A DNA stretch of 42,428 nt. Source: Burkholderiaceae bacterium. Lineage in GTDB: Bacteria; Pseudomonadota; Gammaproteobacteria; Burkholderiales; Burkholderiaceae_C. Shown here piece by piece: positions 11,146 through 24,531 of this stretch; the stretch's first letter is position 1, and each line of letters starts with the position of its first letter. The position numbers and the translations under genes are program-made. The DNA is taken from assembly GCA_035455385.1 (NCBI GenBank), contig DATIFD010000606.1:1-42428 (forward strand). Reading direction: 5' to 3'. Under the pieces are notes generated by a model. That model saw only the letters and a program-made list of their open reading frames with translations, searched no databases and was not told where the DNA came from.

Positions 11146-13164
11146 TTGGTCAACAGGCTCCTGAACCATCTCGAGGAGTGGCTGATCGCCACCTTCATCG
11201 CGCTGGCCACGACGATCGTGTTCGTCGCGGTGCTGCACCGCTACGGCACGTCCAACGCGATCGACTTCGCCAAGTGGCTCGAGGCCCACGGCATGTCGAT
11301 GGTGTCCGGGCCGTTCCGCGCGATCTACTCGTTCCTTGCCGGCCTCGATCTGTCGTGGGCGCAGGAGCTCACGATCTACCTGTTCATCTGGATGGCCAAG
11401 TTCGGCGCCGCCTACGGCGTGCGCACCGGCATCCACGTCGGCGTCGACGTGCTCGTGATGCGCATGCCACCCGAGCGCGCGAAGAAGGTCATCCTGTTCG
11501 GCCTGCTTTGCGGCGCGTTCTTCACCGCGGTGATCGCGAACTTCGGTGCGCATTTCACCGCCGGCGTCTATGAATCGGGCGTGCGCTCGAACGATCTCGA
11601 GATCCGCATGTGGATCGTCTACATGGCGATTCCCGCCGGGTCTTCGCTGATGTGCTTTCGCTTCCTGCAGGTGGCCTGGCATTTTTGGCGCACCGGCGCA
11701 CTGCCGCACCACGACGCGGCGCACGTCGAGGGCATGGAGGAGCGCGCCCCCGACGTCGCGGCACGGCCGCGGGCGGGGCGTGGCGACGGACGTGCCTTGA
11801 GCTTCGTCCTCATCGGGCTGCCCTTTCTGTTGCTGGGATTGGCCGTGGCGGCGCGATACGGAGTCTTCCAGGCCGGCGGAGGCATCCGCGCCGGGCTTGT
11901 CTTTGCGTTGCTGATCTCGCTGATGCTGACCGGCATGCCGATCTCGATCTCGCTCGGCCTCACGGTCCTCAGCTTCATGTACACGATGTCGGACGTGCCG
12001 CTCGACTCGGTGGCGATGAAGCTGTTCACCGGCATCGAGAGCTTCGAGATCATGGCGATCCCGTTCTTCATCCTGGCCGGCAACTTCCTGACGCATGGCG
12101 GGGTCGCGCGGCGGATGATCAATTTCGCGACCACGATGGTCGGCCACTGGCACGGCGGCCTCGGGCTGGCCGCGGTGGTCGCGTGCGCCCTGTTCGCCGC
12201 CGTGTCGGGGTCTTCGCCGGCGACGGTCGTCGCCATCGGGTCGGTGCTGCTCCCCTCGATGGTCGCGCAGGGCTTCCCGCCGCGCTTCGGTGCCGGCGTG
12301 GTGACGACGTCGGGCGCGCTCGGCATCCTGATCCCGCCCTCGATCACGATGGTGCTGTACTCGGTGTCGACCAACACCTCGGTGGGCAAGCTCTTCATCG
12401 CCGGCATCGTGCCCGGCCTGATGCTGGCGACCATGCTCGGCATCACCACGGCCTACCGGGCCTGGCGGTTCGGCTATCCGCGCATGCCGCGGGCGAGCCT
12501 GCAGCAGCGCGTCAGCGCGGGGCGCGACTCGATCTGGGGGCTGATGCTGATCGTGATCGTGATCGGCGGCATCTACACCGGTATCTTCACGCCGACCGAG
12601 GCCGCCGCGGTCAGCGCGGTGTACGCCTTCGTCATCGCGGTCTTCGTCTACAAGGACCTGAAGCTGCGTGAAGTGCCACGGGTGCTGCTGGCATCGGCCA
12701 ACATGAGCGCGATGCTGCTGTACATCATCACCAACGCGGTGCTGTTCAGCTTCCTGATGACGAGCGAGCAGATTCCGCAGGCGATGGCCTCGTGGATGGC
12801 CTCGCAGGGCCTGGGCTGGATCGGCTTCCTGCTGCTGGTCAACGTGGCGCTGCTGCTGGCCGGCAACGTGATGGAGCCGAGCTCGATCGTGCTGATCATG
12901 GCGCCCATCCTGTTTCCGGTGGCCACGTCGCTCGGCGTCGACCCGATCCACTTCGGGATCCTGATGACGGTCAACATGGAGGTGGGCATGTGCCACCCGC
13001 CGGTGGGCCTGAACCTGTACGTGGCGTCGGGCATCGCCAAGATGGGCATCACCGAGCTGACGGTGGCCGTCTGGCCCTGGCTGCTGACGATGCTGGTGTT
13101 TCTGATGCTGGTGACCTACCTGCCGCAGATCTCGCTGGCGCTGCCTAAACTGCTCGGCATGTGA
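11146..13164 (+). CDS. dctQM: TRAP transporter fused small/large permease (DctQ-DctM fusion)
   Basis: 672 aa with a TTG start preceded by GGAGGGGG. The N-terminal ~185 aa are DctQ-like with 4 TM segments. A charged Arg/Gly/Asp-rich linker and an extra TM segment follow, and the rest is DctM-like (GMPISISLG, ESFEIMAIPFFILAG). Confidence 0.9.
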   Translation: MVNRLLNHLEEWLIATFIALATTIVFVAVLHRYGTSNAIDFAKWLEAHGMSMVSGPFRAIYSFLAGLDLSWAQELTIYLFIWMAKFGAAYGVRTGIHVGVDVLVMRMPPERAKKVILFGLLCGAFFTAVIANFGAHFTAGVYESGVRSNDLEIRMWIVYMAIPAGSSLMCFRFLQVAWHFWRTGALPHHDAAHVEGMEERAPDVAARPRAGRGDGRALSFVLIGLPFLLLGLAVAARYGVFQAGGGIRAGLVFALLISLMLTGMPISISLGLTVLSFMYTMSDVPLDSVAMKLFTGIESFEIMAIPFFILAGNFLTHGGVARRMINFATTMVGHWHGGLGLAAVVACALFAAVSGSSPATVVAIGSVLLPSMVAQGFPPRFGAGVVTTSGALGILIPPSITMVLYSVSTNTSVGKLFIAGIVPGLMLATMLGITTAYRAWRFGYPRMPRASLQQRVSAGRDSIWGLMLIVIVIGGIYTGIFTPTEAAAVSAVYAFVIAVFVYKDLKLREVPRVLLASANMSAMLLYIITNAVLFSFLMTSEQIPQAMASWMASQGLGWIGFLLLVNVALLLAGNVMEPSSIVLIMAPILFPVATSLGVDPIHFGILMTVNMEVGMCHPPVGLNLYVASGIAKMGITELTVAVWPWLLTMLVFLMLVTYLPQISLALPKLLGM

Positions 13165-13218
13165 GGCCACACGACGGCCGCGCGCGCGTCGTGGCCGTCA
13201 CCTCAGTGGGAGCGCACC

Positions 13219-13986
13219 TTGGCTTGGAACCCGGACCAGTACCTCAAATTCGCCGCGCCTCGCCTGCGCCCGGCGGTGGATCTGCTGGCGCGCGTGCCGC
13301 TGGCGGCACCGCGTTCGATCCACGACCTCGGCTGCGGCGCCGGCAACGTGACCCGGCTGCTGGCCGATCGCTGGCCGGCTGCAGCGGTGACCGGCGTGGA
13401 CGACTCCGCATCGATGCTGGCGAAGGCGGCGCAGGAGAACCCGGGCATCACCTGGGTCGAGCAGAGCGTGGCCACCTGGAGCGCGCCCGAGCCCGCCGAC
13501 CTGATCTACTCGAACGCGGCGCTGCACTGGCTGCCCGATCACGGGAGCCTGTTTCCGCGGCTGCTGCAGCAGCTCGCCCCCGGCGGCGTGCTGGCGGTGC
13601 AGATGCCGCGCAACTTCGATGCGCCGTCGCACCGGCTGATCGGCGACACCGTGCGCAGCGGCCCGTGGCACGCACGCCTTGCACGGATGCTCGGGCCGTC
13701 GCCGGTCGCCGAGCCGGCGTTCTACTACGACGTGCTCGCGCCGCGCGTCGCGCAGCTCGACATCTGGGAGACCGAGTACCTGCAGGTGCTCGAGGGCGCC
13801 GACCCGGTCAAGGAGTGGACCAAGGGCACCTGGCTCAAGCAGTTTCTCGACGCGCTGCCCGCGGCCGAACGCGCGCCGTTCGAAGCCGACTATGCGGCGC
13901 GCCTGCGCGTCGCCTACCCGCCGCGCGGTGACGGTCGCACACTGTTCCCCTTCCGGCGCCTGTTCATCGTGGCGACCGCACGGTGA
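13219..13986 (+). CDS. tam: trans-aconitate 2-methyltransferase-like SAM-dependent methyltransferase
   Basis: The N-terminus, (M)AWNPDQYLKFAAPRLRPAVDLLARVP, closely parallels E. coli Tam. The SAM motif is IHDLGCGAGNVT. The start is TTG with GGGAG 6 nt upstream. Confidence 0.8.
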   Translation: MAWNPDQYLKFAAPRLRPAVDLLARVPLAAPRSIHDLGCGAGNVTRLLADRWPAAAVTGVDDSASMLAKAAQENPGITWVEQSVATWSAPEPADLIYSNAALHWLPDHGSLFPRLLQQLAPGGVLAVQMPRNFDAPSHRLIGDTVRSGPWHARLARMLGPSPVAEPAFYYDVLAPRVAQLDIWETEYLQVLEGADPVKEWTKGTWLKQFLDALPAAERAPFEADYAARLRVAYPPRGDGRTLFPFRRLFIVATAR

Positions 13987-15176
13987 GCACGAGCGCCGAC
14001 GCACTGCCGCTCGCGCCCTACCGGGTGCTCGACCTGACGCGCATGCGGGCCGGGCCGACCGCCGTGCGCCAGCTCGCCGATTGGGGCGCGGACGTCATCC
14101 GCATCGAGGAGCCGGTGCGGCCGGAGCACGCGGCCGAGGCCGAGCAGCAGCGCCTGACGCCCGACTTCCAGAACCTGCAGCGCAACAAGCGCAGCCTCAC
14201 GCTGGACCTGAAGGCAGGCGCCGGCCGCGAGGTGCTGCTGCGCCTCGTGCAACGTGCCGACGTGCTGGTCGAGAACTATCGCCCAGACGTCAAGGGGCGC
14301 CTGGGCATCGACTACGCGACGCTCGCCGCGATCAACCCGCGGTTGGTGTACGCGAGCATCTCCGGCTTCGGCCAGGACGGCCCGTACGCCCAAAGGCCGG
14401 GATTCGACCAGATCGTGCAGGGCCTGTCGGGCCTGATGTCGATCACCGGCCTGCCGGGACAAGGGCCGGTGCGTGCAGGCATCGCGGTCGCCGACAGCTG
14501 CGCCGGCCTGTACGCGGCGTTCGGCATCGTGATGGCGCTGCTCGAGCGCGAGCGCTCGAACCGCGGGCAGTGGGTGCAGACCTCGCTGCTGGAAGGACTG
14601 CTCGCGCTGATGGACTTTCAATCGGCGCGCTGGCTCGTCGGGCACGAGGTGCCCGAGCAGGCCGGCAACGACCACCCGACCACGATCCCCACCGGCGTGT
14701 TCGACACCGCCGACGGTCGGGTCAACATCTGCGTCGTCGGCGCCGTGATGTGGGAGCGTTTCTGCCACGTCGTCGATCGGGCCGGGTGGCTGCGCGATCC
14801 GCGCTACCGCACCAACCGCAGCCGCTCGCAGCACCGCGCCGAGCTCAACGCGGAGATCGCCGCGATCGTCGCGACGCAGCCGAGCGCATACTGGATCGAA
14901 CGGCTCAACGCGCAGGGCCTCGCCTGCGGGCCGATCAATCGCGTCGACCAGGCGTTCGCCGACCCGCAGGTGCGCCACCTCGCACTGGCCTGGCCCACGA
15001 CGCACCGCAAGCTCGGGCCGATCGCGCTGGTCGGGCAGCCGCTGCACAGCGACCGACACCGCGCCACGCTGCGCGCCACCGCCCCGGCGGCGGGCGAGCA
15101 CGCCGACGCGATCCTCGCGGACGCCGGCTACAGTGCCGAGGACATCGCACGCCTGAGGAACGACCATGTCATCTGA
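13983..15176 (+). CDS. family-III (CaiB/BaiF) CoA-transferase
   Basis: YRVLDLTRMRAGPTAVRQLADWGADVIRIE and ENYRPDV are hallmarks of family III. The GTG start overlaps the tam stop (GTGA). Confidence 0.85.
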   Translation: MSTSADALPLAPYRVLDLTRMRAGPTAVRQLADWGADVIRIEEPVRPEHAAEAEQQRLTPDFQNLQRNKRSLTLDLKAGAGREVLLRLVQRADVLVENYRPDVKGRLGIDYATLAAINPRLVYASISGFGQDGPYAQRPGFDQIVQGLSGLMSITGLPGQGPVRAGIAVADSCAGLYAAFGIVMALLERERSNRGQWVQTSLLEGLLALMDFQSARWLVGHEVPEQAGNDHPTTIPTGVFDTADGRVNICVVGAVMWERFCHVVDRAGWLRDPRYRTNRSRSQHRAELNAEIAAIVATQPSAYWIERLNAQGLACGPINRVDQAFADPQVRHLALAWPTTHRKLGPIALVGQPLHSDRHRATLRATAPAAGEHADAILADAGYSAEDIARLRNDHVI

Positions 15177-15942
15177 ATCGCGCATCGATCGCGACGTGCG
15201 CGGCAGCGTCGGCACCGTGATCATCGACAACCAGCCGAAGCAGAACGCGCTCAGCTTCGAGATGTGGGACAGCCTGCCCGGGCACATCGCGGCGCTCGAC
15301 GACGACCCGGCCGTCAAGGTGATCGTGCTGCGCGGCGCCGGCGAGAAGGCGTTTGCGTCGGGCTCCGACATCTCGCAGTTCGGCGAGCGGCGCAACACGC
15401 CCGAAGGCGTCGCGCTGTACAACGCCACGGTCGACCGCGGGGTGGCGGGCATCGCCGCGGCGCGCAAGCCCACCGTGGCCTGGGTGCAGGGCTATTGCTT
15501 CGGCGGCGGGCTGGCGCTGGCGCTCCATTGCGACTTGCGCGTCGCTGCCGACAGCGCGAGCTTCTGCGTCCCCGCGGGCAAGGTGGGCCTGGGCTACAAC
15601 CCGCACTGGCTGCACCGGCTGACCTGGGTCGTCGGCCCGGCGTTCGCCAAGGAGATGCTCTACGCCGCACGCCGCTACAACGCGGCGGCGGCGCTGCACA
15701 TGGGGCTGGTCAACCAGATCGCGACCCCCGAGCAATTCGGCACGCTGCTCGACGAGATCGTTGCGCTGGCGCCGTTGACGCTGCAGGCGGCCAAGGCGGC
15801 GATCGACGCCGCCAGCGCGCGCGGCCCCTACGACCCGGCGCTGGCCGATGCCGCCTGCGCGCGCTGCTTCGAGAGCCAGGACTACATCGAAGGCCGCAAC
15901 GCGTTCGCCGAGAAGCGCCCGCCCCGCTTCACCGGACGGTGA
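15166..15942 (+). CDS. enoyl-CoA hydratase/isomerase (crotonase) family protein
   Basis: 258 aa with LRGAGEKAFASGSDI and GYCFGGGLALALHCDLRVA (oxyanion-hole regions). GAGGAA lies 5 nt upstream of the ATG, and the gene overlaps the CoA-transferase 3' end by 11 nt. Confidence 0.85.
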   Translation: MSSESRIDRDVRGSVGTVIIDNQPKQNALSFEMWDSLPGHIAALDDDPAVKVIVLRGAGEKAFASGSDISQFGERRNTPEGVALYNATVDRGVAGIAAARKPTVAWVQGYCFGGGLALALHCDLRVAADSASFCVPAGKVGLGYNPHWLHRLTWVVGPAFAKEMLYAARRYNAAAALHMGLVNQIATPEQFGTLLDEIVALAPLTLQAAKAAIDAASARGPYDPALADAACARCFESQDYIEGRNAFAEKRPPRFTGR

Positions 15943-16036
15943 CGCCGCGCGAAGCCGCCGCGACGCGAAGGCCGATCCCCGGGCGACCGCGCCCCGCGTC
16001 GGGGCCGCACCGATCCACCAGGCCGTGAGGAACGCC

Positions 16037-17383
16037 ATGCCTGCATCCATCATCGACTCGACGATCTTCGGAGCCATCTTCACCAGCGACGAGATGCGCC
16101 GCGTCTGGTCCGACGAGCACCGCACGCAGAAGTACCTCGACATCGAGCGCGCGCTCGCCGTCGTGCAGGCGCGGCTCGGGCTGATCCCGCAGGCCGCGGC
16201 CGACGAGATCGGCAGCCACTGCACGATCGACCGGATCGACATGGCAAGGCTGCGCGAGCAGACCGAGCGCATCGGCTACCCGGTGCTCGGCGTCGTCTCG
16301 CAGCTCAACGCGCTGTGCCGCGACAAGCTGGGCGAGTACTGCCACTGGGGCGCGACGACGCAGGACATCACCGACACCGCGACCGTGCTGCAGATCCGCG
16401 ACGCGCTCGAGATCGTCGAGCGCGAACTGGCCGCGATCGCGGCGGCGCTGGCCAAGCTCGCCAGGGCGCATCGCGACACGCCGATGATCGGGCGCAGCAA
16501 CCTGCAGCAGGCGATCCCGGTGACCTTCGGCTACAAGATGGCCGGCCTGCTGTCGGCGGTGCAGCGCCACCGCGAGCGACTGGGCCAGCTGAAGGACCGC
16601 GTGCTGGTCGGCGAGTTCGCGGGTGCCGCCGGCACGCTGGCCTCGCTCGAGCACGGCGCGATGGAAACGCAGGCCGGGCTGTGCGCCGAGCTGGGCCTGA
16701 AGCAGCCGCTGATCGCGTGGCACACGATCCGCGACAACATCGCGGAGGTCGGCGCCTTTCTCGGCCTGGTGGGTGGCACGCTCGGCAAGCTGAGCATGGA
16801 CGTCAAGCTGATGATGCAGACCGAGGTCGGCGAGGTCTTCGAGCCGTACCACCACGGCCGGGGTTCGTCGAGCACGATGCCGCAGAAGCGCAACCCGATC
16901 GCGAGCTGCTACATCCACGCCGCGATCAGCGTGGTGCGCCAGCACGCCGCCGCGCTGATGGATGCGATGGTGGCCGACCACGAACGCTCGACCGGCCCGT
17001 GGGAGATCGAGTGGATCGTGCTGCCCGAAGCGTTCTGCCTGATGGCCGGCGCGTTGAAGCAGTCGCGCCAGGTGCTCGAAGGGCTCGAAGTCGACGCTGC
17101 GGCGATGCGGCGCAACATCGACCTGACGCACGGCCTGGTGATGAGCGAGGCGGTGATGATGGGCCTCGCCCCGCACATCGGACGCGAGTATGCGCACGAC
17201 CTGGTCTACGACATCTGCCGCGAGGCGATGACGCAGCGCCGCCCGCTGCTCGACCTGCTGGCCGAGCACCCGCAGATCAACAAGCACCTCGATCGCGCCG
17301 CGCTCGCCCGCCTCTGCGACCCGGCGAACTACCTCGGCCAGTCGGGCACGATGGTCGACCGCGTGCTGGCGACCGTGCGCTGA
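16037..17383 (+). CDS. fumarase/aspartase-superfamily lyase, 3-carboxy-cis,cis-muconate cycloisomerase / adenylosuccinate-lyase-like
   Basis: 448 aa from ATG 16037, with GAGGAA upstream. HWGATTQDITDT and the signature loop GSSTMPQKRNP mark the class-II fumarase/ASL/CMLE superfamily. The substrate cannot be read from the sequence alone. Confidence 0.8.
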   Translation: MPASIIDSTIFGAIFTSDEMRRVWSDEHRTQKYLDIERALAVVQARLGLIPQAAADEIGSHCTIDRIDMARLREQTERIGYPVLGVVSQLNALCRDKLGEYCHWGATTQDITDTATVLQIRDALEIVERELAAIAAALAKLARAHRDTPMIGRSNLQQAIPVTFGYKMAGLLSAVQRHRERLGQLKDRVLVGEFAGAAGTLASLEHGAMETQAGLCAELGLKQPLIAWHTIRDNIAEVGAFLGLVGGTLGKLSMDVKLMMQTEVGEVFEPYHHGRGSSSTMPQKRNPIASCYIHAAISVVRQHAAALMDAMVADHERSTGPWEIEWIVLPEAFCLMAGALKQSRQVLEGLEVDAAAMRRNIDLTHGLVMSEAVMMGLAPHIGREYAHDLVYDICREAMTQRRPLLDLLAEHPQINKHLDRAALARLCDPANYLGQSGTMVDRVLATVR

Positions 17384-17481
17384 GGTCACCGCGCATTCAG
17401 GCCGTTTCGGCAACCGCACCGTCGACACGCAGTGCCGCCTGACGGTGCGCGTTCGCGCGGCGCAATCGGCTCATCGGCTCG

Positions 17482-20621
<3,140 letters not shown>

Positions 20622-20635
20622 CGCCTCAGGCCCTT

Positions 20636-21898
20636 TCACTGAAGCGCCTGCAGCATGTCGCGCGTCACCAGCGTGATGCCCGATTCGGTGCGGTGGAAGT
20701 GCGCTGCGTCGGCGGCCGCGTCCTCTCCGATCACCACCCCATCGGGCACGCTGCAGCCGCGGTCGAGCACCACCCGCGTGAGCCGGACGCCGCGACCGAT
20801 CTCGGCCTGAGGCAGCAGCACCGACCAATCGACCTTGGAATACGAGTGCACGCGGACGCTCGAGAACAGCAGGCTGCGGAACACCGCGCCCGAGACGATG
20901 CAGCCCCCGGAGACCAGCGATTCGATCGCCATGCCGCGCCGATCGTCGGCGTTGTGCACGAACTTGGCGGGCGGCAGTTGCGGTTGATAGGTCCACACGG
21001 GCCAGCGGGTGTCGTACAGGTTGAGCAGCGGGTCGGTGGCGGTGAGGTCGATGTTGGCATCCCAGTAGGCGTCGATGGTGCCCACGTCACGCCAATAGGG
21101 CGACAGGCCCGCCCCGACGCACGAGAGATCGAACGGGTGCGCAGCGACGACTCCCTCGCGCACCATCTTCGGGATGATGTCCTTGCCGAAATCGTGGCTC
21201 GAGGTGACGTCGGACATGTCGCGCCCGAGTTCCCGGAACAGATACTGCGCGTTGAAGACGTAGATGCCCATGCTCGCGAGCGAGTGGTCGGGGTCGCCGG
21301 GCATCGCCGGTGGGTCATCGGGCTTTTCGACGAAGTCGACGATGCGACGCTGCGCGTCGATGGCCATCACGCCAAAGCCCTTGGCCTCGGCACGGGGCAC
21401 CTGGATGCAGCCGACCGTGCACTCGGCCCCGAGCCGCTTGTGATCGGCCAGCATCAACGCGTAGTTCATCTTGTAGACGTGGTCGCCCGCCAGCACGAGG
21501 ATGTAGTCGACGGCGCGGTACGAGGCCACGATGTCCTGGTTCTGGTACACGGCATCGGCGGTGCCGCGGTACCACGACCCCTCGTCCATGCGCTGTTGCG
21601 CGGGCAGCAGGTCGACGAACTCGTTCATCTCGGACTTCAGGAAGGCCCAGCCGCGCTGCAGGTGGCGCAGCAGGCTGTGGCTCTTGTACTGCGTGATCAC
21701 ACCGATGCGCCGGATGCCCGAGTTCAGGCAATTGGAGAGCGCGAAGTCGACGATGCGAAACTTGCCCCCGAAATACACCGCCGGCTTGGCGCGGTTGGTG
21801 GTGAGGTGCATCAGACGGCTGCCGCGGCCACCGGCCAGCACCAGCGCCACCGTACGACGCGGCAGCTCGAAACTCTCGACCAGTGCTTCGGAATTCAT
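20636..21898 (-). CDS. glgC: glucose-1-phosphate adenylyltransferase
   Basis: [19 protein letters not shown] and a left-handed beta-helix C-terminus, 421 aa in total. AGGAGA lies upstream of the ATG at 21898. The long N-terminal extension in the track ORF is antisense to glgP and is discounted. Confidence 0.92.
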   Translation of the reverse strand: MNSEALVESFELPRRTVALVLAGGRGSRLMHLTTNRAKPAVYFGGKFRIVDFALSNCLNSGIRRIGVITQYKSHSLLRHLQRGWAFLKSEMNEFVDLLPAQQRMDEGSWYRGTADAVYQNQDIVASYRAVDYILVLAGDHVYKMNYALMLADHKRLGAECTVGCIQVPRAEAKGFGVMAIDAQRRIVDFVEKPDDPPAMPGDPDHSLASMGIYVFNAQYLFRELGRDMSDVTSSHDFGKDIIPKMVREGVVAAHPFDLSCVGAGLSPYWRDVGTIDAYWDANIDLTATDPLLNLYDTRWPVWTYQPQLPPAKFVHNADDRRGMAIESLVSGGCIVSGAVFRSLLFSSVRVHSYSKVDWSVLLPQAEIGRGVRLTRVVLDRGCSVPDGVVIGEDAAADAAHFHRTESGITLVTRDMLQALQ

Positions 21899-22030
21899 CG
21901 CTGTCTCCTGCTTCTCGCCGTCCGTGCGGGCCCTCACCGGCATGGCGCCATCGCATTGACGCCGGCCGACCGCCTCAGGGACACTCGAACGCTGCTTGTC
22001 CGCTGACCCATCGTTGCCAGTGACTCCATC
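21899..22030. promoter_or_regulatory. divergent intergenic control region between glgC-glgA-pgm and glgP-glgX-malQ
   Basis: This call rests on position only. A 132-nt gap separates two divergently transcribed glycogen operons. I could not identify convincing -35/-10 or -24/-12 boxes by eye. Confidence 0.4.
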
Positions 22031-24463
<2,433 letters not shown>

Positions 24464-24531
24464 AGCGCGCCTCGACGCTCGGCCGTTCCGACATCGAGCG
24501 GTTGGCGCAGGGCCGACCGCCCACACACGTC

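Noticed and set aside
9760-13170. A 1136-aa minus-strand ORF lies opposite the TRAP transporter genes.
   Set aside because: The argument is the same. It is antisense to well-supported dctP/dctQM, has a very biased composition (runs of R, D, H, Q), has no motifs, and crosses an intergenic hairpin.
17416-17448. An inverted repeat GCACCGTC...GACGGTGC lies in the convergent gap between the lyase gene and pgm and could be a bidirectional terminator.
   Set aside because: The 8-bp stem has a 17-nt loop and no flanking U/A tracts on either strand. That is too weak to call.
21899-22030. I searched the glgC/glgP divergent spacer for sigma-70 and sigma-54 promoter boxes, for example TTGACG at about 21957 and TGGCGC at about 21943.
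   Set aside because: No properly spaced -10 or -12 partner element was found. Only the positional inference is kept, as a low-confidence feature.
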